Origin: a bacterium HR35
GTDB taxonomy: Bacteria > Patescibacteriota > Minisyncoccia > UBA6257 > HR35
Direction: 5' to 3'
Length of the DNA stretch: 64,000 bases
Assembly (NCBI GenBank): GCA_002898235.1
Contig: BEIL01000004.1
Location: forward strand, 499 to 64,498
Below the pieces are notes generated by a model. That model made no database searches. It worked only from the letters and a program-made list of their open reading frames with translations, and had not been told where the DNA came from. The position numbers and the translations under genes are program-made. Every line of letters starts with the position of its first letter. Positions within the stretch are counted from its first letter, which is position 1. Shown here piece after piece: positions 7,697 to 14,884 of the stretch.

Positions 7697-7794
7697 AAAG
7701 CGGTTTCGCCTGAGACTCATTCCGGCGGAGGTGTGTGCGTCAGCACTCCGAGGGCTGTGGGCTTCGGGGGATGAGTCGAGGGCAAACCGCTTTT
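7697..7794 (-). ncRNA. ffs: Candidate SRP RNA (4.5S-like long hairpin) or another structured small RNA; the strand is not resolved
   Basis: A ~97-nt GC-rich segment folds into a long imperfect hairpin. The outer stem is aaagcggttt/aaaccgcttt (10 bp), then gactcat/atgagtc, with an apical region gugc-ugac-gcac. The minus strand shows by-eye similarity to the E. coli 4.5S 3' half (GCCGGAAUGAGUCUCAGG against GCCGGGAUGUAGCUGGCAGG) and to the domain IV block (CCGAAGCCCACAGCC against CCGGAAGGAAGCAGCC). No GNRA tetraloop was found, so this call is tentative. Confidence 0.35.
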
Positions 7795-7810
7795 GAATCA
7801 ACTTCGCTAA

Positions 7811-7993
7811 CTACCACCCTAACGCTACACTAAATCCTCCAATCCAAATTCCAATTACTGACGACTTCATTCCCAATTCTTTAACAATCAAAGCGCCGAT
7901 CCCTGCTCCAGCAGTACACAACGGACAATGAGCAAAAACAAATAATGGAATTAAAAATAAAATTAATAAAATCAAAACTAACGAGCTTTTCAT
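7811..7993 (-). CDS. Small secreted/membrane protein with a CPLC...AGAGIG motif
   Basis: 60 aa with a signal peptide followed by AHCPLCTAGAGIGALIV. It is a paralog of the N-terminus of the 26867..27346 product (AVCPVCIAGVGIGLGLS). Confidence 0.4.
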   Translation of the reverse strand: MKSSLVLILLILFLIPLFVFAHCPLCTAGAGIGALIVKELGMKSSVIGIWIGGFSVALGW

Positions 7994-8244
7994 TTTTTAT
8001 AAACATCTTTCCTATGACCAATTTTTAAAATAATTATTTTATCTCCATCAACATCAAAAAGTACTCTATAATCACCGATCCTAAGACGATATTCGCCTAA
8101 TCTTGAATCAACTAATTTTTCTGCATAAAGTAAAAAATTTTGTTGTGAGCTATAATATTTTAATTTCTTTAAAATCCTTTTTCTAATGTTAACATCTAAT
8201 TTTTTAAGATCTCGATAGGCTCCTTCTTTAAAATAAATTTTCAT
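7990..8244 (-). CDS. Type II toxin of the RelE/ParE superfamily
   Basis: 84 aa (...YRLRIGDYRVLFDVDGDKIIILKIGHRKDVYK). It shows the RelE/ParE signature (rlRvGdyRiiy......i.il.igHRkdvY). Its start overlaps the upstream antitoxin stop by 4 nt. Confidence 0.75.
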   Translation of the reverse strand: MKIYFKEGAYRDLKKLDVNIRKRILKKLKYYSSQQNFLLYAEKLVDSRLGEYRLRIGDYRVLFDVDGDKIIILKIGHRKDVYKK

Positions 8245-8441
8245 AAATTATGCTCTTTCAGGACTTTTTCTAATGGAATTAATTTTTTAGATTTTCTTCT
8301 CTGATTAATTATTCTTCTTAAGTTTTTCGAACTTAACATTTCTAAATCTTCAATAAATTTTACCCAATCTTTTAAAGACAAAATTACTTTCCGCTCGCTA
8401 ATCTTATATTTAGGAATTTTAATCAAATCTTTTGTGGCCAT
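8241..8441 (-). CDS. Cognate antitoxin (small DNA-binding protein)
   Basis: A 66-aa basic protein encoded immediately upstream of the toxin and overlapping it, which is the usual antitoxin-toxin operon arrangement. Confidence 0.55.
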   Translation of the reverse strand: MATKDLIKIPKYKISERKVILSLKDWVKFIEDLEMLSSKNLRRIINQRRKSKKLIPLEKVLKEHNL

Positions 8442-8499
8442 TTCAATTATAATTATAACATAAATCCTTGTAATAACTTTTAAGTTTCTTGATTAATAA

Positions 8500-8625
8500 T
8501 ATAATTGATGCTATTATCCGCGTAAATCAGCGTTATAATAATCAGCGTATCTCAGCATATAAGGAAAATATCCGTATAAATCCGTTTAATAATCCGTGTA
8601 AATCAGTGTTCATATCTCCATAAAT
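8500..8625. promoter_or_regulatory. Cluster of four direct repeats (minus-strand consensus CnGATTTACrCGGAT) lying 60-190 bp upstream of the antitoxin-toxin operon
   Basis: The plus strand reads tatccgcgtaaatcagcgtt / aatcagcgtatctcagcat / atatccgtataaatccgttt / aataatccgtgtaaatcagtgtt. Likely roles are operator or iteron-like binding sites. The half-sites loosely resemble DnaA boxes (TTATCCgcg, aTATCCgta). Confidence 0.35.
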
Positions 8626-9083
8626 ATTCCTTTATCTTCTCCATTTTTGACTGAATGAATTTTGAAAGGATAGATTTTAAAACCTGGCATTCCGGGTGAA
8701 CCTGAGGGCATTCCTGGTAAAGCAATACCATCAATATCTGGCTTTTCAGTTAAAAGTTTTTGAATTGCTTCAATTGGAACATGACCTTCGATAAAATAAT
8801 TTCCTAATAAAACAGTATGACATGACCAAAGACCTTGAGGAATTCCAAACTGATTTTTTATTTTTATTAATTCTTCATCTGAAACTTCATTGACTTTAAC
8901 ATTAGCACCATTCATTTTTAAATAGCCAATATATTCTTTGCAACAACCACAAGTTGGTGTTTTATAAACAACAAATTCTAAACCAGATAATTTTGATTCT
9001 TTAAATGGAGTTTTCACTAAACTATAAATCGCTCCAACCAAAATTATGCCAATTATTATTCCAAAAATTAAATTTTTATTCAT
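8610..9083 (-). CDS. DUF411/CopG-like periplasmic metal-binding protein
   Basis: 157 aa with a signal peptide, a CGCC motif (TPTCGCCKEY), and a GMPSGSPGMPG motif. This is the layout I recall for the copper-associated DUF411 family. Confidence 0.5.
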   Translation of the reverse strand: MNKNLIFGIIIGIILVGAIYSLVKTPFKESKLSGLEFVVYKTPTCGCCKEYIGYLKMNGANVKVNEVSDEELIKIKNQFGIPQGLWSCHTVLLGNYFIEGHVPIEAIQKLLTEKPDIDGIALPGMPSGSPGMPGFKIYPFKIHSVKNGEDKGIFMEI

Positions 9084-9086
9084 TTT

Positions 9087-10217
9087 TTATAAGCCACATC
9101 CTCCGCCTGTTGAAGGAATATTTGGCACATTAGCTAATTTTTTCTCGACGTTTTGAATATAACCTGAAATTGATGAAAACTTTGCTGACATAATCTCTTT
9201 GACCTCGGATATGGACGGATCATTAAACGGATTTTCACGGATATTTTTATCGATTTGTGTTAAAGGCCAATCTTTACCTTCAACTAATTTTTTATATAAA
9301 GCAATTTTTATATAATTTTGAGGAAACCAAAACGAATTAAGCTGTAAAGCTAATTTATAAAGTTCATCTTCAGAATAACCTTGAGAGGCAGCAAGTTCTA
9401 AAGCACCAAGTAAAGCTGAGCCATGATTACAATCTTGAGCAAAAGTTGAATTATTACAACAGGGACGGAAAGTATTTTGAGCAACTCGATAAACAATTTC
9501 TTCTTGTTCAGGAGTTAATTTTATAATTTCACATTTATTAAAATATTCAGCACCATTATCTTTTTTACCTAACCACCAACCACCAGTTGAAGCTAAATAA
9601 GGAAGTTCTTTCTCAGAAAAAGGAATATTTTTATTAAATTCAGTTTTGTTTGAAAGTCCTAAAGGCCAAAAAAGAGTTAAAAGATGATTAGCGGTTTCTT
9701 GATTGATAACAATCGGCTCGTTTGACCCATCAATTGTCTTTTGAATATATTCAGGAATCTTGCCATTATATAATTTTTTCATTTTTTCTAAATCGATCAC
9801 CCCACAATCAATCATTTTTTTAACTGCATCACCAAAAACTATTCTTGTTTTAAATCCTTCTTGTGGTAAAACTTGGGAAATAATTTGTTGAATTAATTCA
9901 TTATTAACTGAATTATTAGAGTTAGACAATTTAAGAAACTTGAAATTAGCCAAAACGAAAATAGCCAATCCCCCAATTAAAATACCAATTAAAAGTTGTT
10001 TTAAATTAAGTTTTTTTGAATTATTCTCATCTAAATTATTTCGTTTTTCTTCATTGATTTGTAATTTAATAGCCTGTTTTACTATCTCTAAATTGCAATT
10101 TTTATATTTTTTACACCAATCTTCACATTCCTTTGCTAATACTTCATTTTCATAAACATGTTGACATTCTTCACATTGATAATAATTTTTATTTTCTCTT
10201 TGAATTATTTTAACCAT
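9087..10217 (-). CDS. Hypothetical protein with an N-terminal CxxC zinc ribbon (YQCEECQHVYENEVLAKECEDWC), one TM segment and a Cys-containing C-terminal domain
   Basis: 376-aa ORF embedded in the copper gene cluster. No family was recognised. Confidence 0.4.
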   Translation of the reverse strand: MVKIIQRENKNYYQCEECQHVYENEVLAKECEDWCKKYKNCNLEIVKQAIKLQINEEKRNNLDENNSKKLNLKQLLIGILIGGLAIFVLANFKFLKLSNSNNSVNNELIQQIISQVLPQEGFKTRIVFGDAVKKMIDCGVIDLEKMKKLYNGKIPEYIQKTIDGSNEPIVINQETANHLLTLFWPLGLSNKTEFNKNIPFSEKELPYLASTGGWWLGKKDNGAEYFNKCEIIKLTPEQEEIVYRVAQNTFRPCCNNSTFAQDCNHGSALLGALELAASQGYSEDELYKLALQLNSFWFPQNYIKIALYKKLVEGKDWPLTQIDKNIRENPFNDPSISEVKEIMSAKFSSISGYIQNVEKKLANVPNIPSTGGGCGL

Positions 10218-10218
10218 C

Positions 10219-10833
10219 TTATTCTTTTTTAATTTCGTTTCTTAATTTTTTAATTAAATAAGCTATACCTAAAACAAACAAAATTAAAACTAAAATTGGA
10301 AAAGTTAAAATTATCAAAAGCCATAAAAGACCTAAAATAGCAAAAATCGGTGCTAAAACATTCCAACCCCTCCAATTACTAAAATTCCACCACCAATAAC
10401 CCATTCCTGGTTGTCCCCAATTCATCATCATTGGTCCCATCATCGGCATCATAAACCCTTGAGAATTTACATTTGGATCACAACCCAAAAATCTTTTTCC
10501 CATATTAATATGCATTAACTCTTCTCCTTCCTTACCATGCATCTCTTCTATCATTTTATTCATTGTTAAATGATCACTACCACCAACCATTTGCTCCATT
10601 ACATATTCGCCAACTGAATGAAAGTCTTCATTAGTTAAATCTTGACATTTAATTTCACCTCGAGAAAATTTTTCCACTAATTCCCTACCCTTTTGAATTT
10701 CAGCATTAAGTTCAGCATCCTCAGTATGAGCAAAAACAAAACTTAAAGAAAAAAGAATTAAAAACGCAAAAAATAATACTTTACTAATTTGTTGTCTTTT
10801 ATAATGTATTCGTTGTAATTTTTGATTAATCAT
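10219..10833 (-). CDS. Secreted/membrane Met- and His-rich protein, a putative copper-binding protein
   Basis: Signal peptide, a MMPMMGPMMMNWGQPGMGYWWWN Met-rich stretch, a C-terminal TM segment. It is co-operonic with csoR (4-nt overlap). Confidence 0.45.
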   Translation of the reverse strand: MINQKLQRIHYKRQQISKVLFFAFLILFSLSFVFAHTEDAELNAEIQKGRELVEKFSRGEIKCQDLTNEDFHSVGEYVMEQMVGGSDHLTMNKMIEEMHGKEGEELMHINMGKRFLGCDPNVNSQGFMMPMMGPMMMNWGQPGMGYWWWNFSNWRGWNVLAPIFAILGLLWLLIILTFPILVLILFVLGIAYLIKKLRNEIKKE

Positions 10834-11099
10834 TTTCTTTTTGCTAATTTATAAATTTTTAAGATTTCTTTAACTGCGACCTCTTCTTTTTTATTTTTAA
10901 ATTGTTCTTTAACATGTGTTTTTAAGTGATTTTCTAAAATTAAATCTTCAATTCCTGATAAAGCATTTTTAACTGCCATTGATTGAATTAAAATATCAAC
11001 ACAATATTTATCATTTTCAATCATATTCCTCAATCCTTCAATTTGCCCCTTAATTATATTCAATCTTCTTAAAATTTTTATTTTTAATTCTTTATTCAT
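10830..11099 (-). CDS. csoR: CsoR/RcnR-family copper-sensing transcriptional repressor
   Basis: 89 aa. The sequence LRRLNIIKGQIEGLRNMIENDKYCVDILIQSMAVKNALSGIEDLILENHL carries the CsoR fold signature, including the Cys and His metal ligands (C...H...C pattern). Confidence 0.75.
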   Translation of the reverse strand: MNKELKIKILRRLNIIKGQIEGLRNMIENDKYCVDILIQSMAVKNALSGIEDLILENHLKTHVKEQFKNKKEEVAVKEILKIYKLAKRK

Positions 11100-11136
11100 A
11101 TCTTAATTATACCCCATCCTGGTATTTTTGTCAAAT
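11100..11136 (-). promoter_or_regulatory. csoR promoter with an embedded CsoR-type operator
   Basis: Minus strand reads TTGACA-AAAATACCAGGATGGGGTA-TAATTAAGATATG. There is a -35 TTGACA and a -10 TATAAT. Between them is the pseudo-palindrome ATACC-N7-GGTAT, resembling the B. subtilis copZA operator (TACCctacGGGGGTA, from memory). Confidence 0.5.
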
Positions 11137-11805
11137 ATTTAATTCATCAAAAATCTTTTTAGCATCAAGGCGATAAATTTCAGAAACTTTTTTATTTGTC
11201 TTTTCTAAATATTTTTTAATTAAATGAAAACCCAAAGAATAGCCTGCCCAACGAGGTATTTTTAATTTTTTGTTTCCAAACTTCCAAGAATAAATAAGAG
11301 AGATATCTCTTGAATCAAAATATTTTTTAGCTCTTTTTAGATATTTTTTAATTTCATTTTCTTTTAAAGCCATTGACCAAGGATAAAGCTTTGAGTTTTC
11401 TCCAAAAACTTCTAATTCAAAATGTTGGCACAATCCCTCTTCAATAATGGTATGTAAAAGATTTTTTTGCATTGGTTTAAACAAATTCCATCTTACAAGA
11501 TGAATAATTTCATGAGCAATAGCTCTTGGAATTTCTTCTTTAATTACTTTATTCTTAAAATTTTTAAATTTAGGGTTAAGATAAATATAAATTAAATAAG
11601 CACTCAAAGTTTTGCCTCCATGTCCGAATCCTGGTATACACATTTGCGGATTTTCTTCATAAACAATAGCAAAATCTTCAAGTTTTATTTTTTTATTAAT
11701 CTTCTTACAAGTTTCTAAAGTAGCCTTATTAATTTCCTTCTTAAATCCTTTTAATTCCTTTCCATAAATTGAAACTGTAACCTCCATTTTAAAAATTTTA
11801 ATCAA
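11131..11805 (-). CDS. Putative HExxH zinc metallopeptidase-like protein
   Basis: 224 aa with AIAHEIIHLVRW (HExxH). No further family assignment. Confidence 0.4.
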   Translation of the reverse strand: MIKIFKMEVTVSIYGKELKGFKKEINKATLETCKKINKKIKLEDFAIVYEENPQMCIPGFGHGGKTLSAYLIYIYLNPKFKNFKNKVIKEEIPRAIAHEIIHLVRWNLFKPMQKNLLHTIIEEGLCQHFELEVFGENSKLYPWSMALKENEIKKYLKRAKKYFDSRDISLIYSWKFGNKKLKIPRWAGYSLGFHLIKKYLEKTNKKVSEIYRLDAKKIFDELNI

Positions 11806-11932
11806 AATTATAATAAATTCAAGTTAAAATGAAAAAATTTGTGAAAAAGTTGTAAATTTGCAATAAAAAATATAGAAAATGATCGATATTTTTAGTTTAG
11901 TTTAAAACTTTTGACTTAAAATAATCATTAAG

Positions 11933-13183
11933 ATGAAAAAAATTCTTTTAGATGTAGGTTCATCAACAATAAAAGTTTATAAATATGGCGAAAATAAATT
12001 AGAACAACTTTTTCAAAGAACTATATTTTTTAAAGATAGATTTGACCCTGAAGGAGGCATTTCTGAAAACAATAAAAAGGAACTTTTAGAGCTTCTATAT
12101 TCAATTAAAGAAAATAATTCCGATTCCCAAATAAAAATTTACGCTACTGGTATATTTAGAAATTTAGCTCCAAAGACTAAAAGAAATTTTATTGATGAAA
12201 TATTTTTAAAAACAGGACTTTATTTTAATATTATCTCTTACGAATTAGAAAATTTTTATTTAGAGAGAGCATTAGTGGGTAAATGTAGTTTAAATGAACC
12301 CTTGCTTTTAATAAATATTGGAGGAGGCACAACTGAGCTTATAATTATGTACGGCGAAGAGGCTATAGAAAGAAAAAATATAGAAATAGGAGTTGGAAAA
12401 ATTTTAAATGACTTTCCTGGAATTAATAAAAGCATATCGGAGATTAAAATAGAAGAATTAATAGAAAGATTTAAAGAAATTTTGCCATCTTTAGAAAACA
12501 AAATAAGAATTGCTTTTTTAAGCGGAGGAGAATTAACTTATATGAAAGTGGCTAATTATCCACTTAAGAAAAATAATTTGTTCGAAGATGAAGATCATCC
12601 TTATTTAATATACTTTGAAGATTATAAATTAAAAAATAAAGAGATTTTTGAAAAAATAACATTGGAAGAATTAGAAAAAATGATGCCAGATAATCCCAAA
12701 TGGATGCATGGAGCAAGGCCTTTTTCTGCTTTAGCTCAGGCAATTTGTGAAAAATATAATGTTGAGATTATTATTCCTTCTGATTCAAATCTAATAAATG
12801 GAGTAATTAGACAAGAATTTAGATATGTAACGATAAGTGGGAGCTTTAGAAAACATTTGGAGTATATTTTAAAAATAAAAAAAGAATTAGAAAATAAGGG
12901 GGTTCATATTTTAAGTCCAAGATTTGAAGAACCAAAAAATCCAGGAGAAGAATTTGTTATTTTCGCCGGCGAAGAGAATTTAAGCCCATTAGAACTTGAA
13001 AGGTATCACTTAGAATCAATCGAAAATTCAGATGCTCTGATAGTTTGTGATCCAAATGGTTATGTTGGAGCTTCTGCTCTTTTAGAAATTGGTTATGCTC
13101 ATTCTTTAGGAAAAAGAATTATTTTTACTGAAAAACCAGAAGAATTTATTTTAAACCAATTACCTCACGAAGTTGGCTTGTAA
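11933..13183 (+). CDS. Fusion protein: an N-terminal Ppx/GppA-type (ASKHA) phosphatase domain and a C-terminal nucleoside 2-deoxyribosyltransferase-like Rossmann domain
   Basis: The N-terminus (LLDVGSSTIKVYKY... INIGGGTTEL) matches Ppx/GppA motifs. The C-terminus (YVTISGSFRKH...ALIVCDPNGYVGASALLEIGYAHSLGKRIIF) matches the NDT/SLOG-like GxxxxEiGyA motif. Confidence 0.5.
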   Translation: MKKILLDVGSSTIKVYKYGENKLEQLFQRTIFFKDRFDPEGGISENNKKELLELLYSIKENNSDSQIKIYATGIFRNLAPKTKRNFIDEIFLKTGLYFNIISYELENFYLERALVGKCSLNEPLLLINIGGGTTELIIMYGEEAIERKNIEIGVGKILNDFPGINKSISEIKIEELIERFKEILPSLENKIRIAFLSGGELTYMKVANYPLKKNNLFEDEDHPYLIYFEDYKLKNKEIFEKITLEELEKMMPDNPKWMHGARPFSALAQAICEKYNVEIIIPSDSNLINGVIRQEFRYVTISGSFRKHLEYILKIKKELENKGVHILSPRFEEPKNPGEEFVIFAGEENLSPLELERYHLESIENSDALIVCDPNGYVGASALLEIGYAHSLGKRIIFTEKPEEFILNQLPHEVGL

Positions 13184-13242
13184 AAATTATATTTCCTCTT
13201 TATTTTCATTTAATTTTTCCAATAAATTTAGATTTGAAAATT

Positions 13243-14124
13243 TTAAAGCAATTTGAGACTTTTTCTAAATTCTTGCGAGTTTTCAAATGGTCCTAAATCA
13301 ACTGGAGCTTGCCACCACCACGGTTTTTCTTTCTGCACTAAATTAGCTATTTCTTCTAGAATAGTTAAAAATTCACTTTCCGAAAGCTTTACTCCTTTTT
13401 TGAATTCTTGAAAAACTTCTAAAGCAAAATCAATTTCATTTTCCTTAGTAAAACCAATTAAAACTACATCCACTGGTTGGTTAAAAACAAAAAGTAGAGA
13501 TTTTCTTACTAATTTCTTATCTGTTATCAATCCAGCACCTAAAATTAAAATTCCAATTACTTTCTTTTTCTGATTTTGAATAATTTTAGCTAACTGTCGA
13601 AAAGATATTTTACCCTTAGATTCCAACTCTTGATCTCGAAAAAAATTTAAAGGACCTAAGGGTAACATAAAAGTGTCGAATTCAAATTTTTCTAAAGCTA
13701 TTTTTAAAACTTCGGGATCGTAATGATTAGTTATTCCAATTTTAGAAATGATCCCTTGATCTTTTAATCTCCGTAAAATACTAAAAGCACCATCGTCTGA
13801 AGTAATTAAATTCAAACAATTCAAAGTATCTACTGAGTGAAGTTGAAGAATATCTATTTTAGGGAGTCTATTTTTTATTCCCTCTAACTCCCAAAGAACA
13901 TCTTGCTTTCTTCTAGCCAAAATTTTAGTAGCAATTATAATATGTTCTAAATCTTTGCCGATATTACTCAAAACCGAACTTAGATATTTCTCATTTTCTC
14001 CATAAAATCTTCCATATGTTGGCGCAACATCGAAGTATCTTATCCCTTTGTTTAACGCATATTCAATTAATCTTTCAGGTTTTTCACTTTTATGCAGAAA
14101 AGCACAACCAAAGCCAATTTCCAT
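13243..14124 (-). CDS. Aldo/keto reductase family oxidoreductase
   Basis: 293 aa. MEIGFGCAFLHK...GIRYFDVAPTYG is the typical AKR N-terminus. Confidence 0.65.
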   Translation of the reverse strand: MEIGFGCAFLHKSEKPERLIEYALNKGIRYFDVAPTYGRFYGENEKYLSSVLSNIGKDLEHIIIATKILARRKQDVLWELEGIKNRLPKIDILQLHSVDTLNCLNLITSDDGAFSILRRLKDQGIISKIGITNHYDPEVLKIALEKFEFDTFMLPLGPLNFFRDQELESKGKISFRQLAKIIQNQKKKVIGILILGAGLITDKKLVRKSLLFVFNQPVDVVLIGFTKENEIDFALEVFQEFKKGVKLSESEFLTILEEIANLVQKEKPWWWQAPVDLGPFENSQEFRKSLKLL

Positions 14125-14884
14125 TTTTGAATTTAATTATAATTATCGATTATCTAGAAAATTTTTCTTATTTTTTATTTCTATTATGCCGTAAATTTTT
14201 CTTTCCTCATTCTCAAAACATTTAAACTAACAATTATTGTAGATAAACTCATTGAAATTGCCAGTTCAGGCAATAGAATAAATTTAACTACTTTTTGGAA
14301 GAACATTCTTCAGAAAACAAAATTTACCTAAAAATAATTCTTCCTTTTTTATTCCAGAAAAAATTAACCCATCGACCAGAAGATAATTCTACTACACCTG
14401 CTAAAGCGCTATCAGATTGAGAATGAATATAAAATATAATAATTTTTTCCTAGTTCTCCTTTCTAATTCTAATATTTTATCAATAACTACTCCTGGTTCT
14501 AATGGTGTTTGGGTTTCTAACATATATCTGGGATCACATCGTCTATAAAGTGGAAAAGGTTCTCTAAATAATTTTCTTTCTAATTCTTCTTTTTTCTTTA
14601 TTAATTCCTTTATTTTTTGTAAGATTAAATTTAAATCAATACCTTCTTGATTAATTATTTTTTTAATTCTTCAGCTAAACCTAAAACTTCTTGATATTCT
14701 TGCTTGATTGTTTGACAAGGAGATTCTAGAGACATAGAGAATTTTATGCTAATTGTTATGTTAATTTTATTTTATAATAATCTTTCCAATCATATTCTTC
14801 AGATCATCAATCTATCCCTTGTTTAAAATTCTTTTTTTTATTGTTTTATCTATATTTTAACTAGACTTAATCCTAGTATTTTTG
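14125..14884. other. 760-bp gene-poor decayed region: a copA fragment, short disrupted ORFs, and a degenerate copy of the csoR-type promoter cassette (14861-14884)
   Basis: There are no ORFs of 60 aa or longer. Minus-strand fragments (MSLESPCQTIKQEYQEVLGLAEELKK*, then a frame-shifted continuation) are visible. The sequence aatatttgacaaaaatactaggattaagtc matches the csoR promoter aatatttgacaaaaataccaggatggggtataattaag, except that the ggggtataat segment is deleted. Confidence 0.5.
14207..14300 (-). pseudogene. Orphan duplicated 3' fragment of the copA P-type ATPase gene
   Basis: The segment ctcaaaacatttaaactaacaattattgtagataaactcattgaaattgcc is about 85% identical to the copA 3' end at 14893-14960. 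Its minus-strand translation LAISMSLSTIIVSLNVLR matches the CopA C-terminus AILMSLSTIIVSLNALRM. Confidence 0.6.

Noticed and set aside
8500-8625. A chromosomal replication origin (DnaA-box cluster)
   Set aside because: The repeats only loosely resemble TTATCCACA. No dnaA/dnaN genes are nearby, and there is no flanking AT-rich DNA-unwinding element beyond the background composition. An operator for the adjacent TA operon is the simpler explanation, and the oriC idea is left as a low-probability alternative.
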